NCBI RefSeq assembly: GCF_009914755.1
Contig: NC_060927.1
Strand: one strand, 5' to 3'
DNA: 64,000 nucleotides
Source of the DNA: the human T2T-CHM13v2.0 reference genome, Homo sapiens
Under the pieces are notes generated by a model. It was not told the origin of the DNA. It worked only from the letters and a program-made list of their open reading frames with translations, and made no database searches. The position numbers and the translations under genes are program-made. This document shows, piece by piece, positions 1-12,905 of the stretch. How positions within the stretch are numbered: position 1 is the stretch's first letter; every line of letters begins with the position of its first letter.

Positions 1-944
1 TTTCATTAGTCTCTTTGAAGTTCAAAATGTGACCCCGAACACATTGTCGTATTGAGTTGTAGATTCCCGTTTATTACTAAAGAGGCAGTAGCAATAAAGA
101 GACACAATGTATTATAAGATTTTCCTCAATGTGTCATTGGACTGTGAACTTGGCGCTTGCTCCATTTTAAAATTTACCAGTGTTCTCTTGTGTACTCTCC
201 GTTCTTGCATCCTCTCTCCCAACCATTTCTAGGAAAATGAATCTTTAAGGAATCAAAAAATCATAGAATATTATAACTAAAGGAGACCTGAGAGATTCTG
301 TTTTCTGATCTTTTAATTTTTGAGAAGGAACTAAGATCAAATTTTCTGTAATTTGACAAGCATTCCGACCTAAAAACAGTATTCATAAGAAGCATAAAGA
401 TTACTAGAAGGAGACCTTCTCAGGCAGAATGACATTCTAGAATGATCTGCAAGTCCCTGAAGGTAATAAGGCAGCTGTTTTATTGCTTAATCCCCAAGTC
501 ATGTTCAGGTTTTCTCTTCTTATTTTGAAAAAGAATGTTGCTCTAAAGAGACAGCGATTATTTTGCACAGTGAAAGAACGGAGATGAGAAATACAGGATC
601 CCTTTTAAGTAATATTATGTGTTTAACTTTTATCTAGGTAGTTTTGAAAGAAAAACAGGTTTAAGTGCATGAAATTATGTATCTATATCATATGACTTTC
701 TTTTAATATAACGGTTATAAAATTTTCATACAGTGTGATTGCAAGCCAGTGTTTCCTGGGGACATGCGTGCATGTGAATATATATTTCAGTGCTTTTACC
801 CATGTATGTACATATATGTGAGTGTTTAATGAGTACATCTGCCCATTGGATGAATTTCACTTCATTCTGACAATAGAATTGCCTGTTCAAAGGGAGGAAA
901 AAAGATTAATATAACTAAAAGGAAAAATAAAAAGTTAGAGTGAC

Positions 945-1146
945 AATTTGTTAAGTGTTTACTAGGAGCCAGGCACTGACCTGGTGGCTTTGCATGCATC
1001 TTAATTAACCTTCACAAGAGCACTAATAGGTCGATATTTTTCTCTTCATCTTCCAGATCAGAAAAGCTTGAGGCCTTAGAGAAGTTAAGTGACTTTTCCA
1101 GCGTCACATAGATGGCAGCAGTAGAGTGTGGATTTCTACCCAAATC
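945..1146 (-). mobile_element. MIR SINE (degraded)
   Basis: Reverse-orientation MIR core: ccaggcact...cagatcagaaaagcttgaggccttagagaagttaagtgacttttccagcgtcaca. Confidence 0.75.
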
Positions 1147-1704
1147 CAATTGGTGGCAAAAAACAAAAAATAGCTAAATGTAAAACGATGTTTATCATGC
1201 CTAAGTATGTTATATCAATTAACCCATTTTATGATCCCAGAACTTGATACAGTTGCTACTGCTATTCCTGTTTTATATATGGGAAATTGAAAACCATTTA
1301 AAGTTTAAGTAACTTGCTACAGTTAAAATGACACATCTGGGATATAAACCAGTAGCCTGGTTGGACTATATACTTGAAGTCACTTATATACACTCCTGTC
1401 CAAAGTGGGTATCTACCTTTTCCTCTCCTTGTGGAGAGGAAAGAACAGAGAACAGAACATATTCACATTTTGCATGTCATTTTAGATTTAAATTATCCTT
1501 AAAATTATATTTTACAAAAGGTTAATAACTGTCACTTTGGAAAGTTCTGATGTTTATCATTCCAGAGGCATTCCTTTTTTTATATTAAAAAAAAACTTTA
1601 TCATGCATCAGGGGGTTCCTTTAGTTTCTACACTCTGTAAAGAGACATTGGCATTAGATTTAGAATACATTGTAATTACTTATGTGAATTGGAACATACA
1701 GCAC

Positions 1705-2195
1705 TGTGTCAGTTAGATATTGTCCAGTAGCCTTCTGTAGTAGAAAACAGAAACAATAATGACACACAAAAGAATTTTTTGAGAAGGCAGTCCACAAGAG
1801 GCATGGAAGCGCACCAGTATGACCTGAAGGACCCAGGCACTTTCTGTATTTTGGCTCCAAGGTGTCCACTGGGAGTTGACTCATCATTTTTTTAGAATTT
1901 TTTTTCTTAATTTTTAATTATTGTGGGTACATAGTAGGTATGATGTTTTGGGGGTACCTGAGATGTTTTGATACAGGCGTGCCATGTAAAATAATCACAT
2001 CATGATTCCCACATTCCAGATGAAAGAGGAAGGTAGGAAAGGTAAGAGTGTGCTCCTCCCAGCTGGGTCAAGTCTCTTTAAGAGGCGTCTCTGAAAGTTC
2101 CATACAACATTTTTCACTCACTTCTTATTGGCCAGGAATGAATCATACTGTAGTACTTAGCAGCAAGGTGAGTTGGGCAATGTAATATTTTATCT
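1705..2195 (-). mobile_element. Old MaLR (MLT1-like) LTR interrupted by an L1 3' end
   Basis: MLT1-like motifs gacccaggcactttct, attggccaggaat...tcat, gcaagg..ttgggcaatgtaa; boundaries approximate. Confidence 0.5.
1888..2004 (-). mobile_element. L1MA-type 3' end fragment
   Basis: T-rich tail followed by ttgtgggtacatagtaggt...gagatgttttgatacaggc...aataatcacatcatg, typical of L1MA1/2-like 3' ends. Confidence 0.7.
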
Positions 2196-2821
2196 GAGCT
2201 CATATGGTGGTTTTACCTCTTTAAATTTCCTATGTATTACAAAAAACAAATATATAGCTATGGCAGTAGTTCACATCTTTATTTGTGTTATTTTGAAAAT
2301 AAATAAGCAAATTTTATTTATGTCATCATGTTCTCTTTGAATTTAAAAAGATCCAATTCTCTTATAAAGCGGAAAAACAATAAACTTAAATTCCCTGGTG
2401 CATAGTGTTGAGCCATCACTTCCTACATATTTAATTAGAAGCTAAAGTCAGTCTTTGGCCATAGGGATCAGAGATGAATAACAGTTTATCCTTCTCTCAA
2501 AAACCTAAAATTTTTTTGAAGGAGAAAGACGTACAAACTCATCATAATACCCAATAGAAAATCTATTTAAGAAGTAATAGCTGTACACCAGAGGGAATAA
2601 AACTAACTCATTTGTGAGCCAGGGGTGACCACAAGAAGAAGAGGTTGGAAAAACTTCCCAGAGGATGTGACGTTTGATCTGGACTCAGAAAGTTGAGTAA
2701 GATTTCACTGCAAAGCAAGGAATGAGGAACCCAGACATGAGGAATAGGTTTCCAAAACCTTATTACATATCCAGTGATGTTTAACATATAATGATAGCTT
2801 AATACTGTGGCATAAATGTAT

Positions 2822-2982
2822 GGTCAGAAGTTCAACATTTCTGTGAACAAAGTTTTACTGGAGCACAGCCATCCATTTGTTTATGTATGTTCCTACTACG
2901 TGAGCAGAGTTGAGTAGTTGTAACAGGGACAGTATGAATTGCAAAGCTGAAAATATTTACAAAAGGGGTTTGCTGACTCTTG
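2822..2982 (+). mobile_element. MER58-type hAT-Charlie MITE
   Basis: aaagttttactggagcacagcca...gcagagttgagtagttgtaacag...aaagctgaaaatatttac...tttgctgactcttg. Confidence 0.7.
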
Positions 2983-3726
2983 ATATCAATTAAGACATTT
3001 GCACAGGTATAAAAAATGTACTGATGATTTCAGGAATTAATTAAAATGTACATGGTTAAACCTTCCCAAACTCTCTGTCTGCAATTACCTAGCAAAGCAA
3101 GGTAGAGGGTTAAAGGTGGGTACACGACAGTCAGGGGATAATTTAATAAACTAGCTTGACATCTCTAAGAAAATATCTAGCATTGTGGCCTATACTACAA
3201 TCTCCCAGATTTTACGCTTCTCACTTTTGTGTACCCGGGGATTTGCATACTAGGACATTGGAAACTGCCAAAATGATAGACATGAAGCTCATCCTTTTGC
3301 TAGAAGAGATATAAGACAAAAATAGAAATAGAGAGGGGAAAGGAAGTGAATTGCAAAGTATATATTTCCATTTAAGACTCCTTTTTTCTTAAAGTTTCTG
3401 GCTTAAGGTTTAAGTACCTTTGATCTGAATCAGTCTCTCCCTTTTCCCAGCGCTCTGATGCATTGATACACTTGACAAGATCCATGCAACTTGAATGGAG
3501 GGGGAAAATCAAGAGATGAATATTTTGCAAATAAGCAGGTCAGCCGAAAAGCCTAAGAACAGACTCAGAGCACCCAAGGACTCATTCACATAGGGACCCC
3601 TTATTATCTTATAATCACAATATAAATACCTCGTTAGTCCCTCTCCATGTCAGGTGATTCCACCGAACCTGGGAGTGGCTGCTTCCCTTCTTCCCTTTCT
3701 CTATTACACGTTCCAATTAACCCTCA

Positions 3727-4093
<367 letters not shown>

Positions 4094-4619
4094 CTATAAA
4101 GAGTAGTGGGCTGAGAATCAGAGTGCTTATAGTCACTGGATTTTACAGCTGGAAGGGATCTTACAAGTTATCTAGTCAAAATTCTCATTTTCCTCTGTAA
4201 GAAACTCAGGTCCAAATCAATAATGTGACCAATCTTTTAGTCCTGGTCTATACCACTGTGGGACCTTGGAGCCTCTAATTCTCATCAATCTCTGCTTTCT
4301 AAATGCAAAATTTGCATAAATCAAATAATGTCAAGAAACCTCTACATTATAGGATGCTAGTAGTCCACATCTTGACAAAACAAAACAAAACAAAACAAAC
4401 ATTTTAAAACATTTAAAAAGCACTTTTGAATTTTAAAAAGGGCCTTTCTGATTTTAGCGTCAGGCTTCAGAATGTAACCTTTCATATCTGGACTGTACGG
4501 TCTCTTAGATAGAGTGAGTTCCCAGTATACTATAGAAAACATTGAATTCTCTTCTTCATTTATTACTATTTTTTTCTTAAAGGTGCCTCTCATATTATTT
4601 GTCCAGAAGTTTGATATGA

Positions 4620-4992
<373 letters not shown>

Positions 4993-7572
4993 CTAGTCAG
5001 TAGGTCATTCCAGGTAGTCATTGTTGCCAACCATTGACAAGGCCCAAGGAGAACAGCAGAGATGCAGGAGGTAGGGCAGGAATAGGGGAAGCAAGTTTTG
5101 AAAACAGATTTATCTGGGTCCAAATTTGAAATATTTTATTTACTAAATATCATGTTTAAGATAAGCTCATCAAACTCTGCAAGCCTCAACTTTCTCAGTG
5201 GAAAAACAGCAATGCCTATATTGTTCTGTTAAATATGGGTTAAATAATGGTGAAGTCTCTATAGAGAACCACCATATTCATTGCAAAGTAAAGGCTGGAA
5301 AACTCTAGCTTAATATATGTATTTTCTTTTGTTCCTTGCCTTGTCTGCACTTCTTTTTGGAATTGACCTTCAGAAGTATATGTTCTTTCTAAGTTTGTAT
5401 TATTCTTATAGAGTTATTATAAATATGGTATTTGTATATTAAATATAACTCAATTTCAAGTTTTTTATATATAAACTAGGAAAGGTGATCAATGTTTATA
5501 AGCCACGTGGCAATATATTTCACTCTGACTATATGTGCATCTATATGTGGCTTGAAGTTAGCTGTTTGAGTGATCAAATCAGAATAAATAAATCAACTTG
5601 ATTTATGTTTTTGTTTTTCAAGAATTTTGTGTAATCCTTCATCTAAATTAAAGAAATTGACTAGTTTGGTAATAATACAGACAACGCTGTAAGAATAGCA
5701 TTTGCATTGTGGGCGGTATGCAAAAAAATGTTTTTCCCTCTGTATCCAGTATGTTTATGGGCCCCTCCTCACCCTAACAGTTGGTATATGCCCAGGGAAT
5801 GTAAAATCATTTCAGCATTGGCCCAAGTGCAACATAGAGTAATTAGAGAAGTAAATCTATTCTCTACAACTCATTGTGTGTATTCAAGAGCCAAATGAAA
5901 TTTTCCTTGCAATTACCCTATGTTTTGGGATTATTCGCCCCACTGCTTATTTCCCAACTCCAACTGTGTGCCCATGTGTCTGTCTGTCACTCCATCTTTC
6001 TTCATCAATCCAATAAAATACAGCTGACCAAAAATGAGAATCAAGGCAGTATTTGTAAAAATTAATTTGAAAAGTAAAATGTCAAGTTTGAAAATACAAA
6101 CAGACAAGTTCTTTTCTTCTTTATAAATAAGTTCTAAATTCATGGAGAACTACACGGTGTTTTTAAGTACAGAAATAAGTTAAAAATCACCCTTAATCCA
6201 ACAATCCAAAGGAAACTATGAGTTCAGACAAACAATTCACCTTCCTGGAATATCGAACTAAGATTCCACGGAATGATTTATCTCCGTTTTGCTATGGCCA
6301 TTCATCTGTCTATCCTACATTCACTATACTACTTATTAGCATAAGTAAAACTAGTGAGCTGCAAGAATTGATTATCAATTGTTTCTCTCTTGCCCTAAAT
6401 CTCTGCCTCCAATTTTATCCTGAAATGAACTAAACTAAGTATCATCAAATGGTGGCTAGAGGTCATATCCCCCTCATTTCCATATTAGTTTATCTTATAT
6501 GTGATGATTTGTATATACAGAGATAGATATAGATAGCTGTATATATTACATAATTTTTATTATGATTATATAATTATTTAAAGTTTTATATATAACTTTA
6601 TACATATAAAATATATAATATATTTTATATATGTATATATTATATATATATTCTAGACCTAACCTACAGCTAGTACTGCAAGTGGAAAATTTTGGTCCTT
6701 TTTCCTCTAAAGAGGGCCAGCTCCAAATACCGTAAATTTGTTTAGTCTTTACAGAAGCTTGGGAGATAATAATGTACTTGTTCTACCAAAATTGTCCCAT
6801 TTTTGGTGTGTGTGATATGCCTGTCTAAAGGAGAAGACTAAATGATTAATAATTTTATTTGTAGTGTGGATTTTTGAGGATGACTAGTCACTTACAGAAT
6901 AAAGTCCAGGCTTTTAATCGACTTTTCCCATTCTGTCTTTAATTTTATCTCATTTTACCTTCCTTCTGTTACTTGGACATGTCTTGAATTTTCTGCCTTT
7001 TTCCTTTGTACCTTCGTCTGGAAATACCTTGCAAAGGTACTAAACTCTTTGTTTTAGAAATGTGCTAGATAAGCTTAGTAACTAGCCCAAGCTCACACAG
7101 AGAGTTAGTGTCAGCCACCTGCCATCTCCACAGCTGCATCTCAAACTTCTCTGATGTAGTATTCCTCTTCTGTATAGAGCTCATGACTATGGTTTTTCAC
7201 TCTCCAACACACCAGATGTACAGCTTCCACATTCTCTCATTATCTCACATTTCTTTCAGTCTTCATACTTTCTCTAAGTTGTTTATTTTTATTATCTCTT
7301 TTCTGGTGATGGGAAGAAGGCTCCTACTGAATAACAACTTAATAGAAGGATAAACAACCTCCGTGAGAAACGCTGGCAATGCTAAATAGTAAATGCTATA
7401 GTTATTAGGGAAGAGGCTGAAAATATAAGATGAATGATTGCAATGATGTATTTTAATATGGGAAAGATGAGGCAAATGGCAAAAATAATTGTTTATTAAT
7501 GGGAAGAAACAATCTGGAAAACAATGATTTCAAGTGAATGAAAATGGGGAGGAAGTGGTAAGTGAATATGCT

Positions 7573-7605
7573 GTGTGTGTGTGTGTATGTGTGTGTGTGT
7601 GTGTG
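7573..7605. repeat. (TG)n microsatellite
   Basis: Near-perfect TG run. Confidence 0.9.
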
Positions 7606-8421
7606 GTGTCTTCACATATCAGAGAAAAATCTCAGAAAAATCTGAAGAAAATAAAGTTATCTCCAAGTTTGAAGTCTTAATAATACTATTTTAACTTTTA
7701 ATACATAAGCAACACAAATTTTAGAAAATGATCATAACAGATGTTAAAGAACTTGTGAATTTGTGTACAAATCCTGTTTATGTTTCATTTGACTGGGCAG
7801 CAGGTGAGGCTGAGGATCTACATATATTATAAAAATAGAGTGCACAAAATATCCTCTATTTGGAAACATTTACTAAAGAGTAGTGATATGATTATTGCTC
7901 AAAGGGAGCACAGATTAAATGTCATTGAAACTACTCTAATGCTGTAAAAGTGGCACTGCTAAAATGACAAATAACCTCCCAAGGCAGGTATTTGATATAT
8001 GCCCTATGGGTCACTTAAATCCAGATATACTGACAAATTAGAAGGTCCCTTATAGATAATAAATGCTTTAAGGTGAGGGCGACAATTTTTAAGCACCCAG
8101 ATACTTAACTATAATGGTTTGGGTTACTCTCCTAATACCTATGATTTAGAGATTATGGGACGCTTTTCAATGGAATTCAATGATTTCCATCAGTTATCAT
8201 TTTTATTTATTAAAAATGAGTTGATTTCTCTTATCCTTATACTACTGTGTTTAGTTTATGATCCATTAAAACAATGTATGTATTGGAAATTGTAGACTGC
8301 CAGGCAATTGTTTTCATTATTTATTAAATGTTGTTTCCCTCACTTTTCAAATGGTAGCACTTTGAAATATGCCAGGCTTTCCAGCAGGGGGTTTTCTTAA
8401 AAACCTATGACCCTCTTATTC

Positions 8422-8423
<2 letters not shown>

Positions 8424-8462
<39 letters not shown>
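8424..8462 (+). repeat. Poly(A)39 tract
   Basis: 39 consecutive A with no adjacent Alu/L1 body. Confidence 0.95.
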
Positions 8463-8464
<2 letters not shown>

Positions 8465-11149
8465 AGTAAAATCAGATACATCAAATAAATGATTTCTACG
8501 CCTCACATTGGATTTATAAAGATCCCATGAGTTAGAGATCTATGCAAAGCAATTTACAATAAGGAAAGCAAGAGAATTCAAAGAAAAAAATTACACTGGA
8601 AGACAAAGAAAGAAACATACACAACAGATACTGAGGTGTAAACAAAACCGTTGTTTTGCTTTTATAGGTTTGCTTTTCTCTGTTAGACTCTAAACCCCTT
8701 AAGGGCAGCAAAATTATTTTACCCATTTTTTAAAATATCTAGCTCTAGTACATAGAGCTTCTAGTACATAGAAGGCATTCAATAAATGGTAGAAAGAAAA
8801 AGAGGAAAGAGAGTAAGTGATAGACATTTTGGAAAGAATAAAAAATAATTGAAATAAATATTGAAAAATTGGCTTTCAATTTTTCCATAGATGATAAGAT
8901 GAAGGATGATCTTCTTGGTTTTATGTTTTAAATATATTTCTTCTAAATAGCTTATAAAACACATTTTAAAATAAGGAAAAATCCCATGATATAATTTTGT
9001 CTCTGACAGTTTAATGAATAGCTCTTTAAAAGTGGGTTACCTTAGGCTTAAAGGCAAGAACGTAAGCATTGTTTCAAGTAAAGATGCATTTTCTGTGTAA
9101 GTAATTCATCTTCTTTCCTTTCTTATTTAAACTGAAAAAAATTCTTTTATTTCAGAATCCTACTTTCTGAGTCACTTGAAATGTTTTCTCAACCAATGTG
9201 GCCAAATTGTGCTGTTACATTAGGAACGCACTCAAAAAAGAGGTGCTTAATTTCTCTTATCTCCTCTAGACAGACTGTAATTAGAATTAGCCAGGGTTTT
9301 ACTTAATTTTGCAGGAGTTCTTGTATACAGCCTTCATAGTCATAGTATAATTAACATTGTATCACTCCCATTATTGTTTTTAAGCACTTAAATTGTGCCA
9401 TAATGGTCACAGCTAAAGTTGCCATTAAAGGGCAATTGCTATTTATTATGCTCATAAAGTAGACACTTTACCGCAGAAAAAAATATATATAGTAGGATTC
9501 CATTTAGAAAGCAGAAACAGACAGTGCCATTAGTTATGGCACCCTTGGGCTGAAAGGGCTGTCTCAAATTGATCCTATTCTTATTCAGCAGGCAGTGGAG
9601 AGATCTAAAAACAGATGACAAATCATTCAAATCGTTGATTTAAAGAAAAAAAAACAAGTCTTGATTAGCTGAGTTCCCACATAGACTTATAAAATGTTGG
9701 TGTTAGGACAAACCTACAAGATGATGGAGTCCAGCTCGTTCATTTTACAGATGAGAAAACTGAGACAAGGGAAGTTTGGGAATCAACCTTAAGGTTACAG
9801 AAGCATAGCGGGGCCAGGGTTAAAGTCAGATCATAAGACTTACAGTTCTCATGCACATTTCACAAGGCCATACTGAATAACCTTAAGAGTAGGTTTTGTT
9901 TTCTTTTGTTCTCAGCAAATGATTGACACCCCTTTAATTAAGTTTAGCTTCATTGACTAGCAAGGTGTAGTATGTTTCATTTACAAGATATTTTACCTGA
10001 TTTCAGGGTCAACAATGTCATATAGATATTAGACAGGGTTTGTTTTTACATGTTTGTTGATTCTATATGATTTTGTTGTTTTGTTTAATTTTGTTTTTCA
10101 AGATTCATTTTATTGAAGGTGACAGAATTATCCTAATGTCATTGGCTCTTGTCACTGAAAAGAGAAGAGTGCTATAAAATTTTAGTTTTTTTCTAATAAT
10201 CATATTATATATTCAGTTTGGTTCTTCTATCTATAGGTTAATTTTCTCTCCCAATGCAGGGTGGTAAAGATATATTTTATTCAGCTGAATTGTTGCAGCT
10301 CAACACAAACCATTTATAGGAGTAAACAATTATCACTGAAATGAGAACAATTTAGTGGTCTTGCATGATTAATGTCCTACATAAATTCTTTATGACACTG
10401 AATTGAAAGATGATGTTATGAATGTATAATGGGAAGTTAACAGAATATGTCACCTTTTGATTAGTTTCTGAGGAGACAGGCCTTGCAATCAGTGATTTTG
10501 CAATGGTCAGAAGCCTATAAAACTACCATATTTGTTCCTTGTAAATTAAAATTTAGAAGCCACAATGATGTATGTTGTTAAACCAGCTGGGAGAAAAATG
10601 CCTGGAAAAGGAAATTGCTTTATATATTTTTTCTGATAAATTTCAGCTGTATGTGTGTGTGTGGAATTTTATTTTTCTACTTCATGTCATCATTACTTTG
10701 GAAAGTTTAACAGCAAAATTTATAAATTTCTCTTTTGTAATTGTTTACATTTTGGAGAAAAAAAAGGCTTGAAAAAATGGTATATTGCACGTAATCCTCA
10801 CAAAAGCCAGAGTGATAAAAATACATAAGACTTAAATAATTATACAAATATCTGTTTTCTTAAATGGGACAAAAGAATAGACTATAAAATCTATCACTAA
10901 TTTTTTTAAAAAGTCAGAAGTGCAAGGGATCTTATGGATTATCTTAATTTTTATCTGAAGATGAGGCCATTGACATTTTTCAAGTACAAGAAATACTTTA
11001 AGATGATACAGTCCATTAGTGGCAATATTAGGAGTAATATCTGAGCATATTTAATTCTATTTCATATTGCAAACTTTCTAATTTATTCTTTTCAATCTGC
11101 TGCTCCTCAGTGACCCAAACCAGGCCTTCTTCATATTATTTGGCTTGAT

Positions 11150-12710
11150 TAACTCATTATATAAACACAAGCTTTGTGAGTGCCTACTATATGCCAGATA
11201 CTACTTTTTTAGGCATTAAGAGAAAATAAATAAACAAATGAGATTTTTAAAAAAATACCCACTGACATTTATATTCAAGAATTTGGGGAGGAGATTTTAT
11301 TTAAAAATAAGGAAAACATATAGCACATTATATAATGATAAATGTTATGTAGAAAATAAAGCAGAAAACAGAGTAACAGGTGAGTATTAGTTTTAGATAA
11401 GATGGTCAGGAAAGGATTCATAAAAGCTTTTACCAAAGACAGACAGCAAAAGAGCCATAGAGCTATCTTTTGGAAAATCATGTCAGACAAAAGGAATGGC
11501 AAGTCTTCTAGTGCTAAGGCAAGAGTGTGCCTGTCAGATTTGGGGAATACCCTGTCTAGCCAGAAGGAGGAAGCAGGAAAGAGGGTAGAGGTGAAATGGG
11601 GGTGTGGGGTGCAGAATGTTAAAGCCTCATAGCTCACCATAAGGACCTTAGCTCTTACTTTGAATAATAATATGAAATTTTATTTCTTCATTCCTAACTC
11701 ATACAACAAATATTTAGTGACTTTCTACCAAGTGCAGGCACTGACTGTCCAAGTCACTGGAAATAGGTTAGCAAACCCAAGGCCTCATTTTTACTGCACA
11801 ATTAATGAGAAACTTTTGAGCAGAGGAATGACCTAATGTCACTAGCTTTAATGGGAGCCCTGTGACTGAGGTTCAGCGTGAGATGTACAGACAGGCAAGA
11901 GCTGGTGGAGGTCACATTTAGGAACAATTACAAGAACCCAGGGAAGATGACAGTGCCTTGGAGAAGGTGGGTAGAATTGATAGTAGTAGGAAGTGGTTAG
12001 ATAATGAATATTTTGAATATATATAATAGACCCTCCTGACGATTAAATGTGATGTCTGAGAGAAACAGGAATCAAGGATGTCTCCAAGTGGTTTGCCTGA
12101 ACAACTGGCAGGAATTAGTTGACAACTGAGTTGAGCAAGCTGCAAGAAGAGATTAGCTAGGAAAGATAAAGAGCTCAGAATTGGACTTGTTAAAGGTAAG
12201 ACACCTACTGGACATCCAACTGGAAAAATCAAGCAGATAGTTAGAAATTCTGGAGTTCAAGAGACAGGTTAGGCTGCATATGTAGGTTTCTCATTAGCAT
12301 ATAGATGGTATTTAAATCTACGAGACCAGATGTGATCACCAGGGGAAGGAGGAGAGAAAATATAAGAGTTCCTAGGACTGAAGCCTAGGGCATTTCTACT
12401 TTTACAGATTACGGAAATGAGAAGAAACAACTGGAGATACTAAGATGCAGCAGGTAGAGGCAAAATGCAAAGTGCAGTGTCCTTGAAGCGAAACGAAAAA
12501 AGCATTTCAAGGAAAGGTCCACAGTCTCATATTCTGATAGGCCAAGTAGAAAGAGGTGGGAGAATTAGCAGTGAATTTACAACATGAAGTTCACTGGTGA
12601 CCTTGATAAGAGCAGTTTTTGTAGAGTGTGGTGGTGAGAAAAAACCCTGACTGAAATGGGTTCAAGAGAGAATGAGAAAGACAAAACTGTTGACAGCTCT
12701 TCTGAAAGAC
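11150..12710 (-). mobile_element. L2 LINE fragment(s), with a nested L2 3' end near 11685-11790
   Basis: L2 3'-end signature (gagtgcctactatatgccag) and purine-rich body motifs (gaatcaaggatgtctcca, tggagttcaagagacagg, catatagatggtatttaaa, tcactggtgaccttgataagagcagttt). Confidence 0.75.
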
Positions 12711-12713
12711 AGC

Positions 12714-12905
12714 ATGTTATGTAGAAAATAAAACAGACAAGAGAATAACAGGTGACTATTAGTTTTAGATAAGATGGTCAGGAAAGGATTCATAAAAGCT
12801 TTTACCAAAGATAGACAGCAAAAGAGCCATAGAGCTATCTTGTGGAAAATCACATCAGACAAAAGGAATGGCAAGTCTCCTAGAGCTAAGGCAAGAGTGT
12901 GCCTG
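12714..12905 (+). repeat. 192-bp dispersed direct duplicate of 11342-11533
   Basis: Hand alignment: 192 bp, no indels, about 11 substitutions (~94% identity). Confidence 0.93.
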
